From Rebecca billardiae RCC1528 (lineage: Eukaryota > Protista > Haptophyta): a stretch of DNA of 64,000 bases. The notes beneath the pieces are model-generated. The model had not been told where the DNA came from, ran no database searches, and worked only from the letters and a program-made list of their open reading frames with translations. Position numbers and translations under genes: made by a program. Positions 11,262 through 21,862 of this stretch are shown here, in pieces (the first letter of the stretch is position 1; the number at the start of each line of letters is the position of its first letter). Location: the NCBI GenBank assembly GCA_965240325.2, contig OZ251231.1, forward strand, positions 1,550,001 through 1,614,000, given 5' to 3'.

Positions 11262-13269
11262 TACCCAACGACGACGGCAAGGGGCGAGTCCGTAAGCTTC
11301 GAGGGTCCGTCACCCGGACTATGCACGCAGGCACGCCGGCGATGCTGCTCGACACCTTATTGGTCCGACAGCATGCACGATAACACCGCCGCGTAGTCCT
11401 GGTACTTGGCCGGGGGAAGCCTCAGGCGCCCTCTCTCAGCTGGCCGTGCGCACGGCGTACGTCTTGGGCACTTGCTCCACGCGAAACACGCGCGCACCTG
11501 TCCCTGCGAATCTCGCACAAGCGGTCGCTGTTGACATCGACATTGACATGAACTTTAGGGAAGCAACGAGCTTGCCGTTCGTTCACCTGCACCTCCCACA
11601 CTCCCGCGACGAGCCAAAAGGAAGTGGTACTCGCCAGGCGGCAGGCGAGCGCAAAGTGCACGCACCTTGCGCCCGCCTCAGACGGGCGCACGGTGCGGTC
11701 CGGCTTGACCGTGATGCGCAACAGCCAAGTCCCAGGGCACAAGGCCACTACTCGGCAGAATCACTGCACGGGTCGTCTCCTCCCTGCAGAAGCCACCGCC
11801 GCTCGCGACTTGGACGCCGCCTGCGGTGAGCTCGCTGTCGCCCGGCCCGTCACCGTACGCACGAGTCGCCGATGGTGAAGCCAAGGTCGCCCGCCGCCGT
11901 GCGCACACCTGCGCCGCCGCGCGCCAGCAGCAGGGGGTGGGAGGCGCACTCAGTGGATCGCACGCAGGGTCGGTTGCTGCCGCTGGGGTGGCTTTCGCTG
12001 GCACGCGAACGCGTGCGCGCGCACATTGGCAATCCCGCCATCGCACGGCGGCATGGGCGGCGGTGGAACAGGCGGTGATGACGGCAGCGAGTGTTGCCTG
12101 TAGTGGCGCGGGCGGGGCGAGCATGTGTCCGCCTGCAGCAGCACGTGTGGATCGGTGAGCACGCCGTGCCGAGCAGCGTTGCTCAGCTTGCCCGTTGCGG
12201 TGGCGGCGAGCAGCGCCGCGTGCGCCTCGGCCGGCCTGCGCGGATGACAGCGCATGTGCGCGCAGCCGAGGGGGTGCGCGTCTGGGCGCCCAGCGGCCGA
12301 GACTCACGCGCACTCAGCCTGGCAGAAAGAGGCAGCACACTCACGTCACAGCTGCCAGCTGAGTGGCCCTCCGCACCGTCGGGCCCGCCATGAGCCTGGC
12401 CCTGGTGTCTAGTAGACATTAGCCGCTGACGCGATCGGCGATGCCACGCCGCACACGGTGACGGATGAGCACAGAGCAGGCCCGGATGGCGCGGGCCCGA
12501 ACGGGCGGCACGTCACCGCCGGCACGGCCTGGCACTTCAACTTGCCCTATTGAAGTGGCATCGGCCGAGTTGTCCGACCGGCGGCGACGACCCGTCACCC
12601 GGGCCCCGGGCTCAGGCCCGCCCCCGGGCCTGCCAGAGGGCACTCGGCACGCGGGCCGTGCTGGCGGCTGCGCGGAGCGGCTGCCGGGCATCTGAATCGT
12701 CACTGCGTACTACCGTAGCTCCACTAAGTGAGCTAGACCGACGGCGACGCCGACGGATCAGCACGGAATACTCTGATACCGAACCTCGAGTCTGTGCCCG
12801 TCATTCTGTGCCCGGGAGACAGTCCGGCCGAGGGCCGCCACAGGCCGGCCGGTGGGCCCGGTCCGCTCCGAGCGAATCACACCTCACTGACGGTACGTCT
12901 GACAGGTTACTGATCAGACTGAGTTAATAGGCAGTGCAGACGGTGCTAACTCACTACTAGTAGTCAGTAGGCTTCAGTTACTCAGACTGCTAAGATCCTG
13001 CCTGCGTCTCACTCTCAGCCAACGGTCTTACGGCCCCGAAGAGACTCAGCGATCAGTTACTTGCATCAATCAACGGACACGGTCACGGTCTACTCTATGA
13101 CTACTCTACAATGATCATAGTCCGCAACGGCCACCGCCCGACGGCCGAAACAAAGCCTGATGGTGCCGTGTTGTCGCAGCATGTCGAAAGTCTGTTTCTG
13201 GGATGAGTGACAAACCCTCATCAACGGCGGAACGCTTACGACGGGGCCCATTGGCCATCACATTTATTT

Positions 13270-13338
13270 GGTGACAGTTGGCGGGCGTCAATCTCGCCTG
13301 CCTGAGCTGTGTGCGTCTCTTATTCTTAGTATAAACTG
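13270..13338. mobile_element. Right-end fragment of the CAGTTTA MITE family
   Basis: Matches 5940-6005 with a TA insertion in the TIR; followed by TA. Confidence 0.75.
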
Positions 13339-14257
13339 TACACGGCTGTGACGGGGGCTGGCCAGGGTAGGGCTGGAGGCTTTGGCCGCCAGTCTGATCA
13401 CCCGGAGCCCGTTATTATTAAGGGGAATTTATTACACTACACGATTCGTCAAGCTGTTACACTCGGGCGGGCCGACTCTGCCCGCGACTCGATCATCATT
13501 GAACTCAGAACTGATTCATCGATTTTTACTGACAATACTCAGAGTGACTCAGCCACTCGCGTGACGCGGCCCGTGGGACTTCAACCGAGCAGTCCGAGAG
13601 ACCGAGAGCCTCTCGTCACTCGACGTCCTCGATCACGGAGCGCCCCGAGCGGGCTCCGACTCTGAGTCTGACAGTGACGAGCCGCCGCTCGGCCCGCCGC
13701 CGCGGCCCGGCCCGGCCGCGACGGGCCCGGCCCGGCACTGGCGTGAGTCGTCGGCCACTCACGCCACTCGGGCTCGGCCCGACGGGCCCGCTGGCCGCAG
13801 TCCTGAGACGCCTTCGGACGGTCCGCTCACCGACACCGCGCTAACGCGGACGCCTAACACTGACTCGTCAGTGAGTCACTGAGTATAACTCCGCGCTACT
13901 AGTGTCTAGTGGCAGAGAGACTGAGAGTGTAATTCTAGAATCTTAGCAGTGAGATATCATCAGATAATCCGTAAAATAATTATAAAAAAATCCGTGAATC
14001 GGGCGAGTGCTCAGATCTATGCTTGTGCAGCAATGCTGTGTCATACTACTACGCTGATACCTCCATTGAAAAACAGACGCGGCGCCAGCCACGATACGAC
14101 GGTCAGTCAGGTGCAGGTCTCAGTCACCGCTGTGACCGTCGCACGCCCGTGAATCGCCTCCGGGAATGGCTGCGCGGCAGCACCGCCCTTTGGACTGGCG
14201 CATGACTGCACCAGCTATCGAAGGCTGTGCTCGCGCACGTCGTGGAAGGATGCGCCT

Positions 14258-15098
14258 TTACGCGGCCTTGACCGCATCGATGACTGCTCGGTGTAGGAGA
14301 CGGCGCGCGGCGCGGGGCGCGACGGGGATCAGCACATGTCGCCGCACCAAGCTGGCATGGGGGCGCAGCGCCGCACGGGCGCACGCGCATGCTACGCACA
14401 GTCCACCGTCGTCGCGAGGACGCCCTTCCCGCTGATCCACGACTGCAGGATGAACGCGATCGACGTGAGCATGCAAAGGCGGCCGTGCTTGACCTCCGCG
14501 AGCGCGAGCTTCGGGTCGATGCCCTCATCCGAGAGGCCGAGCGGGTCAAAGCCAATGTCGCCCGGCACGCGGCCCTCCGTCTTGCTCGTGGCGTTCTCGA
14601 CGATCCAGCAGCCGATGATGATCTGGAGCAGGCCAAGACGCGGGGTCGTGGCAAGCGCAGTGTACGGGCCCGAGTTCTGGAAGAGGCCAACGCCGTTGGT
14701 CCAGCCGCCAGCGAGCTCCTGCCACAGCATGCCCGCCGTCGCGAGCATCGCAACGCGGCCGTGCTTCAGCTCGGCCTCGCGGTACTTGACGAGCTTAGAC
14801 TCGTCAGAGGCGAGGTTGAGCGGATCCCACACCTGACCACCCAGGCCGAACTCCGTCGACGCGCCGTACAGCTCCTCCACAGCTGCGCAGCGCGCAGGTG
14901 CGCCGGGGCGGATCGCAGGGGGTGAGACGTGCGATGCCGAGCCAGTGCGCGTGTCGGGAAGCACGCAGCCGCGCGCAAGGAGCCGCGCGGGACGGTCGAC
15001 GCACCGATCATCTGCGGCGACGACCGCGCGGGCGCGGCGGCGCGCGGCGCCATTGGCGCGCTGAAGGCCAGAGCCGACACGGCGAGCTGAAGGAACAT
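14258..15098 (-). CDS. Light-harvesting chlorophyll a/c-binding protein (LHC/FCP), 3 exons, bipartite plastid targeting
   Basis: MFLQLAVSALAF signal; WDPLNL, REAELKHGRVAMLA, PGDIGFDPLGL, LAEVKHGRLCML; splicing gives QMI-AVEELYG and VD-FIDAVKAA*. Confidence 0.95.
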
Positions 15099-15780
15099 CG
15101 TGCGAAGGAGCTGCTGTGGATCGCGCAAACACGCTGGATCGCGCGCTGATTATTGGGCCGTAAATTGAAGGCGGGTCCGATGCGGCGGTGCATCTCCAAG
15201 CAGTCCGGAAAGGGCTTCCAGACTTTCGAGTTTCGGCATGCACCGTCGTCCGGGCGGTCTTCCGGATCCAAACTGGCCGATGCGGCCGGACGACTCGATT
15301 TGAGATTCTCGAGAATCAAGCCGGCACCCAGCAAGCCCGATGGTCGCGATCATTCATGCACTCGTCTAGTCAGGCTCCTCAGACTCTCTGAGGCTGCTCC
15401 GCACTTCCTCGTCGCAGCCACCGGGTCTACGGGGCCCAATGGTCGCTCGCCGCACCTCCGGGAAAGGCAAGCCCGCGTGCTGATGGCAGCCGCGGCTGAC
15501 TGTAGTCGACGCGGCGCATTATCATGCGGCAGTGGAGGCACGTCCCGCTTCTCAGTCTCACAGGACCAGACACCGATCGCAGGTGCGGTTTGCAATCCAG
15601 TCATCGCGTTGCACTCGCGAGAGGCCGCCGCTCCTCCAAGCGGCTGTCCTCGCCCATCGCTCTCATCCTGCCGGGCTCCCTTGCCAAAGCCGTCCAGCGC
15701 ACACCGCAGTAGAAACTCATCCTCGCCAATATGCCCAAACCATCAGCCCGCGCGTGAGTCCGCCCTCCCGCGCGCGCCGC

Positions 15781-16919
15781 TCAGCCAAACCGCGCGCGCA
15801 GCTGCTCCATCACGATGAACACGATGGTTACTCGCGGCACGACGCGGCCAAAGTTCGCCCAGAAGCCGTTGTACAGCGCCATCGGCCCCTCGCTCGCGCA
15901 CGTCTTGACGAAGCAGTCGACCATGCCGCTGTACATGGTGCCCACGCCGTTGGCGTCGAGCGGCTGCCCCATCACGCGCGACTTCACCACGTCGAACGGC
16001 GACGAGGCGACGGTGGAGACGTAGCCGGCGATGGTGGCGGTGGAGACGTGCAGGGGCAAGCCGTCCTGGGTGAAGATCTGCTGCTTCTTGAACTGCATCT
16101 TCACCTCGTCGTACGTCGCAAGCTCAGCCGCCGCCAGCGCCGTCGCCCGGCCGACGGTTGGCCCAACGCCCTTCCAGAGTGCTGCGCCCCGCGGCGCGCG
16201 GCGGCGGCGCGCGCGGCGAGCGGGGCGCGCGGGGTGAGAAGGGGTGCCGACGGCGCGGGGCCGAGCGCAGGCGCGGCGTTTGCCGCGCGCACAGAGGACA
16301 CCCTCCTCCTTGATCGTCGTGAAGAAGCAGTCGAGCATGCCCTTGTACTTATTGGGCAGGAACTCGCCATCCGGCCCTTTCACCATGCCGTCCGTCTGCA
16401 TGCGCACCTTCACGAGGTCGGTGGGGTTGGCAACGGCGGAGGCGATGGCACCGGAGCCGGCGCCCGCGACGATCTTCTTCCACAGCGGCACCTCCGACTT
16501 CGGCTTGGTCGGGTCCACGCCGAGCATATCGCGGATGGGCGTGTAGAAACCGTACCGCATCGAGCCGTAAGTTGACTGGCGCACCAGCGCGGGCGGAAGG
16601 CCCTTGAAGAGCGCGCCGACCCCTTCGGCGCGGGTGAGCTTCAAGGCGCAGTCAACTGTTCCATTGTACAGCCTCGCGCTCGACGACCCATCCATTTGCA
16701 GCCTGGGCGAGCGCACCAGCCGGCACGCGGGCGGCGGCCCGTCTCCTGAGTGAACGCACCGACCGCGCGGCCACGGGCGCGTACGCGAGACGTGCGCAAA
16801 GCGTCGCCGCGCGTCGCGTACCGAGTCTTGACGACATCGACGGGCATCGTGACCGTCTCGGCGACGCACGAGGCGAAGCCGCCGTAGACCATGCCCATCA
16901 CGACCGACTTGTTCTCCAT
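15781..16919 (-). CDS. Mitochondrial carrier (SLC25; UCP/oxoglutarate-malate carrier-like); introns 16703-16821 and 16182-16292
   Basis: Three Px[DE]xx[KR]xR motifs (PVDVVKTR, PTDLVKVR, PFDVVKSR), EGVGALFKG, EGPMALYNG. Confidence 0.95.
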
Positions 16920-17117
16920 GGTCCCTCACGCGCCTGGCGCCCTGCTGCAGCCTGCTGCCTGCCGGCCTGCGTGGCTAATTACTTGTACGTACAAAGATTC
17001 CCCGCCGCGGCGTAGCAAAAACATTATTATCTCATCGCCCCACGCCCAGCCGGAGCGGGCAGCGGCCGGGCCTGCCGCAGGGACGTACATAGACTCACAC
17101 CGGCGCCCGCCCGAGGC

Positions 17118-17789
17118 ATGCGCATCACCGAACGGCCGACGAAACGAGCGCGAGCCGCCACTGTGCCCGCATTCTTTCTGCGCGCAGCTGCTGAGACCGC
17201 CACGGACGCTAGCGTGGCGCCCTCGCTCGACGCGCGCGCCCTCAAGCTGCGCGGCGAGCAACTTGCAGAGGCGGGCGCGTGGCGGGATGCCCTCGCTGCC
17301 TTCACGGCCGGCGTGCGCGCACTGCAGAGCACGCCAAATGCCATGGAGGCGGCAGTTCTTCATGAGCTGAGAGCCCAGGCCCACCTCGCCTTAGGCAACG
17401 ACTTCGAAGCCGTGCGCGCGGCGACTGACGCTGTCGGTCTGGACGACTCGTGGCATCCGGGGTACCAAACTCTGGCGCGCGCGCAGCTCAATCTGGGCGA
17501 GCTGCCACTCGCGCTCGCCAATTTCGAGCGCGCGCGAGAGATCGTTGTCGGGGCGGTGGCGGCCTTCCATGACGCCCCCGCGCACGAGCAGCGCGACGCC
17601 ACCGTTGCCGTGCGGCGAGATGTGCGCGAGCTCGATGAGGAGATGCTCGAGGCCGAGCAGCTGCTCGTGCGCGGCATGGTGCTGGAGCACGGCCGTGTGC
17701 CGGTTGAGGAGGCGGTGCGGCACTGGCGAGACGCGGCCGCTTGTCGGGCGCCATTCGATCTGCACGTGCCCGAAGGTGAGCGCGGTTGA
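17118..17789 (+). CDS. TPR protein, TTC33-like
   Basis: LKLRGEQLAEAGAWRDALAAF, LHELRAQAHL, WHPGYQTLARAQLNLGE. Confidence 0.75.
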   Translation: MRITERPTKRARAATVPAFFLRAAAETATDASVAPSLDARALKLRGEQLAEAGAWRDALAAFTAGVRALQSTPNAMEAAVLHELRAQAHLALGNDFEAVRAATDAVGLDDSWHPGYQTLARAQLNLGELPLALANFERAREIVVGAVAAFHDAPAHEQRDATVAVRRDVRELDEEMLEAEQLLVRGMVLEHGRVPVEEAVRHWRDAAACRAPFDLHVPEGERG

Positions 17790-18398
17790 AGCCGCTCAGC
17801 CGCAAGCCATTCAATTATGCCGGCATCCAGTTTAGACGCCAGGCGCTAGGGACGCCGTGGCTGTGCGCTGAGAGCCCCGCCGCGCTGACGACGACTGACG
17901 CCGAGCTCAATGACAACTTGCTTCGGACCGTTGCGGATTATTGCTGAGCATCATAAGCATCGTGCATTTAATTTGTGCTGGGCCATAGCCAATCAGTAGG
18001 CCAGCGCGGCACCAATGTAGTGACGCGCACTCCGCGCCAGGAGGCTCGGGCGGTGTACTCGGCCGCTGAGTCGCGCGGGCCGCGCCGGCGCGGAATCACG
18101 ACTGCGCCAAGCAAGCCACTAGGCACTAGCTTGTTTAACCAGCAGTTCCCGCCGACGATATTAAATCGCGGACCATAAAGTAATGATGCCGTGCCCGTAA
18201 AGTAATTACTTTGAGGCGATCGACTACTCTCAAGATACTATACTACGACGAAGCCAATAACTATAGTTACAGTCTGCAACTTACAATAATATAATACTGT
18301 AATTCCTGTGAGCCCTTAGTACATTATAAGAAGTCGACTAGTCAGTCAGTGGCTAGCGGCCCGACAATAGTGCTGGGCGCACCGTTGCCAATATTGCA

Positions 18399-19274
18399 TC
18401 AGCTCGGTGCCATAACTCCGTGGAGGCTGCGAGACTTCTCCCGGTGCAGAGCCTCGCAGTCGCAGCAGTCTGACGACTCGTCGGAACCCGATGAGGCAGG
18501 CGCGACGGTGCCGATCAGCAGTGATGACCTTGCCGAGGCGGGGCGGTGCACATCCCGGTCTGGGTGGTGTCGGCAATGGTACTTCAGACGGGGGCCGTCC
18601 TCCGCCGAGAAGCTGCGAGTCGCTGCCAGGAGCGCCTTCGCCACACCTGCTCTCCACTCGCGCTCCCGAAGGAGCACAAGCTCCTCTGCCGTGCACCCGA
18701 CGAAGACGTAGTTGATGTACATCTTTATCACGCCTGCATGCTGCGCGCGCGTGCGGTCGGCGCACGCGTCCGTGACGAGCACGACCTCGTAGCCGTGGCG
18801 GAAGGCGCCGAACGCGGTGTTCAGCACGCACGCTGACGTCACGAGCCCGCAGAGATACACCCGCCGGACGCCCATGCCCTTGAGCAGCTCGTCCATCTCC
18901 GTCTGGAAGAACGCGTCAAACGTCGGCTTATGAATCACACTCTCGCCGTCCTCCTCCTTCGCCCAGTCCTCCGGCTCGAGGGACACGTCGGCGCGCTTCT
19001 CTGGGTTGAGCATCTTGAAGAAGGGCACGTGTGTTGCGCTCGTCACGTCGTACTTGGCGCGCACATGCACCACGGGCATCCCCGTCTCGCGGCAGTTCTG
19101 CAGCAGCTGTGGGATCGTCGATGCGATCTGTGGGAAGGCGGCCGAGATGCGCGCGTCCCGCGAGTACCAGTCGCGCTGCACGTCGACGACGATCAGCGCC
19201 GAGGGGACCCCCGTCGGCATGTCGAAGAGCGAGATCGCCTTCGCCTGCGCCTCGTCGAACGCGAAGGAGTCCAT
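18399..19274 (-). CDS. Isochorismatase/nicotinamidase-family cysteine hydrolase (possible upstream start at 19358)
   Basis: ALIVVDVQ, IHKPTFDAF, GLVTSACVLNTA (Asp-Lys-Cys triad), VTDACAD. Confidence 0.92.
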   Translation of the reverse strand: MDSFAFDEAQAKAISLFDMPTGVPSALIVVDVQRDWYSRDARISAAFPQIASTIPQLLQNCRETGMPVVHVRAKYDVTSATHVPFFKMLNPEKRADVSLEPEDWAKEEDGESVIHKPTFDAFFQTEMDELLKGMGVRRVYLCGLVTSACVLNTAFGAFRHGYEVVLVTDACADRTRAQHAGVIKMYINYVFVGCTAEELVLLREREWRAGVAKALLAATRSFSAEDGPRLKYHCRHHPDRDVHRPASARSSLLIGTVAPASSGSDESSDCCDCEALHREKSRSLHGVMAPS

Positions 19275-19529
19275 GGCGCCAGCAGCGGACGGGACCGCAC
19301 GCAAGCGATGCGGCGCCCCAAAACACAGCGCGCGCGCGCTTTTGAGGACTGCTGTCATTGATCAAGAGGAAAATGCTGCTGACCAACCGAGCAAACCGCC
19401 GCTCTATGGGGGTACGGAAAAATCACCGTGCATACCGATGATTGTCCAGATGGCGTTGTCCGGGCGGCGCGGCCACGCCCGCCGCCCGGGCCGGTCGTCA
19501 CGGCTCGGGCGTCACGAAGCTTCACCGCC

Positions 19530-20633
19530 ATGCAGCTGTCAGTCTGCGTCCACCTCGCAGCCGCCGCGCTGGTCACGCACGCCGCTCGGCGCTCGTGCCT
19601 GCCCGCAACTCGTGCACTGTCGGCCGTGCCTCGCTCTCGCCCGCAGATCCGCGCGGCCGCCGACGGTGAGGAGAAGGGCGGCGGGCACGATGTGGGCGCG
19701 CGGCCAGAGGTGTCGGCCGAGGAGCAGGCGGCGCAGCAGCGCTTCATGGAGCACCAGAAGGCGGCGCCGCGGCTCTCCACCCCCGTCGAGGCCCGGTCAC
19801 TCGTGCAGTACTCCACGGGCTACGCTGTCATCTCCACGCTCGCGTCGCAGCCGCACCTGGATGGCTACCCGGGCGGCGGCGTCGTCGGCTTTGCGCCCAA
19901 CGAGGCCGGCCTGCCGCTCTTCTTCTTCTCGACGATGTCGGGGCACACGCAGGACCTGATCAAGTCGCCCAAGGCGAGTCTCACCGTGACGGCCTCGGGC
20001 TTCACCGGCGCCGCGGACGGGCGCGTCAACCTCGTCGGCGACATCGAGCGCGTGCCAGAGGAGCAGGCGCAGGCGGCCCGGGAGTCGTACCGGAAGACGC
20101 ACAAGGACGCGTTCTGGATCGACTTTGGCGACTTTGCGGTGCGCGCGCGCGCGCGCGCGCGCGCGCGGCATTGCGCGTGGTGGCGCGCCGTCTGCGCCCG
20201 GCTGAGCCCCCCGCCCTGCCCATGCGCCTCCGCCCGGCCGGTCCCACTGCGCCCACACCAGCCGTACCAGATGACCAGCCTCAAGGCTGTGCGCTTTGTG
20301 GGCGGCTTTGCGCGCGCGGCCGACATCAAGCCAGAGGAGTTCCTCTCCGCGCAGCCGGACCCGATCCTCGCGTTCAGCGCGCCCGTGGCCGGGCACATGA
20401 ACGCCGACCACTCCGACTCGACCATCGCCATGATCTCGCACTACGTCGGCCTCGACGTGCAGAAGGCGGACATCACGTCAGTCGACAGCCTCGGGATGAC
20501 CGTCAAGGTGCAGCGCGGCAGCGACGGCTTCAAGCTGCGGCTGCCCTTTCCTCGGCCGGCGCAGGACAGGAAAGACGTCAAGACGCTCATCGTCGAGATG
20601 ACCCAGGCCTCCGCGGCAGCGGCAAAGGCCTGA
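19530..20633 (+). CDS. HugZ/GluTR-binding-like protein (split-barrel + DUF2470), probably plastid-targeted; intron 20139-20261
   Basis: Signal-like N-terminus; GYPGGGVVGFA, STMSGHTQDL, FWIDFGDF, FVGGFARA, HMNADH, VDSLG, LRLPFPRPA. Confidence 0.85.
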   Translation: MQLSVCVHLAAAALVTHAARRSCLPATRALSAVPRSRPQIRAAADGEEKGGGHDVGARPEVSAEEQAAQQRFMEHQKAAPRLSTPVEARSLVQYSTGYAVISTLASQPHLDGYPGGGVVGFAPNEAGLPLFFFSTMSGHTQDLIKSPKASLTVTASGFTGAADGRVNLVGDIERVPEEQAQAARESYRKTHKDAFWIDFGDFAVRARARARARHCAWWRAVCARLSPPPCPCASARPVPLRPHQPYQMTSLKAVRFVGGFARAADIKPEEFLSAQPDPILAFSAPVAGHMNADHSDSTIAMISHYVGLDVQKADITSVDSLGMTVKVQRGSDGFKLRLPFPRPAQDRKDVKTLIVEMTQASAAAAKA

Positions 20634-21007
20634 TCGGATGCGCCGCCGAATATACTGCCAGCATAATTTACGCTAGTCGTCCCGCGGACCATCACGGAGC
20701 TTGGACTGCGGTGTGAAAGCGTTACCAGCGAGTGCCGCCAGGCACGATGGCAACCAGCGTGCGCCATGCTGCATGGCCGTAAGTCAGCCGACACCGGACA
20801 GCACTCAGGTGTCACAGCACTCAGCAGTCAATACATAGTACTCCGACGAGGGCAAAGTCTCACCATAGCATCAGCTAGATGATGTACATATTACAGCAGC
20901 AGTATAGAACCAGAACTCGTGATACTGCACGTAGCTTAGTGCATGCATGTGCCATGTTCGCTCCGGGCTGCTGACTTGCTGAGCCACGGTCGGCTCGCTC
21001 ATGCGCG

Positions 21008-21754
21008 TCACTGCTCCACGCCCTCGTGCAGCCTGAGCTCACGCAGCTTGCTGAGGTAGTGCTCGATCTGCTCACGATCAGCGTTGCGGTCCCGTCTTTG
21101 ATGCTTCAGCTCCACCATCCGCGCGATCACCTTGCTGCGCACGTCCTTGGTCGCCGCCTTCACGCTCTCGTCCTCGTCCGCGAGCGTCTTGCGAGCCTCG
21201 ATCAACTGCGTCTTGGTCTGCTCAGCGCGATCGACGAGGTTGCTCACGCGTGTGCCAGCCATCTCTCTCGCGCGTCGATGCGTGCGGAGGTCCATGACCG
21301 CCGCTTTGACGTCGTCGCCCAGCACGGTTTCGTCGAGGCCATTCTTGGGCGCTGCTGGCGGGATGCGGCCTGCCGCTGGTGCCGTCTCGCTCTCGGGAGC
21401 GCTTATGGCCTGCGCAAACTTGCGCAGCTCGTGCTTCAGGTTCGGGCACGTGTCGGGGTAGTTCTGTGCCCACCAGACTCCGCTCAATGTGCCCGTCGTC
21501 GCGCTGATGACGTTGAGCGTGCCGGCATGGCGGGCAGCCATGCCGGCCATGCCGCCGCCGAGGAAAGCAGCACCTGTTTGCACGCGGGGTCGAGCGCAGC
21601 AGGGCGGTGGGTGGTGGGAGATGAGCAGGGCAGGACTCGTCGCCTCCGAGGGCGCTCGTCCACCGCTGCATAGGGCGCGGCGGATGACCACGCCCTTCGC
21701 GCACCGACGATGGGGTTCATGGCGAGCGACGGCGGGCGCGGGCGTGGGGTCCAA
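21008..21754 (-). CDS. Hypothetical protein with hydrophobic segment and C-terminal coiled coil (5' structure uncertain)
   Basis: Coding-like ORF with heptad C-terminus; possible intron near 21578-21680. Confidence 0.5.
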   Translation of the reverse strand: MDPTPAPAVARHEPHRRCAKGVVIRRALCSGGRAPSEATSPALLISHHPPPCCARPRVQTGAAFLGGGMAGMAARHAGTLNVISATTGTLSGVWWAQNYPDTCPNLKHELRKFAQAISAPESETAPAAGRIPPAAPKNGLDETVLGDDVKAAVMDLRTHRRAREMAGTRVSNLVDRAEQTKTQLIEARKTLADEDESVKAATKDVRSKVIARMVELKHQRRDRNADREQIEHYLSKLRELRLHEGVEQ

Positions 21755-21862
21755 GACTCGTGTATGGTGGGATCCTCACGCGACCGCGCAGAAGCCGGGC
21801 CGGACTTCATGACTCTGTCAGGACAGACACGTCTGGCGCCCGTCGCCTCGTCTCCGCGGGCG

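Noticed and set aside
11400-12700. Possible gene between the MITE fragments
   Set aside because: No consistent frame or recognisable motif.
16182-20261. Stop-free in-frame (3n) introns as exitrons
   Set aside because: Expected by chance in GC-rich introns; they interrupt conserved domains with low-complexity peptide.
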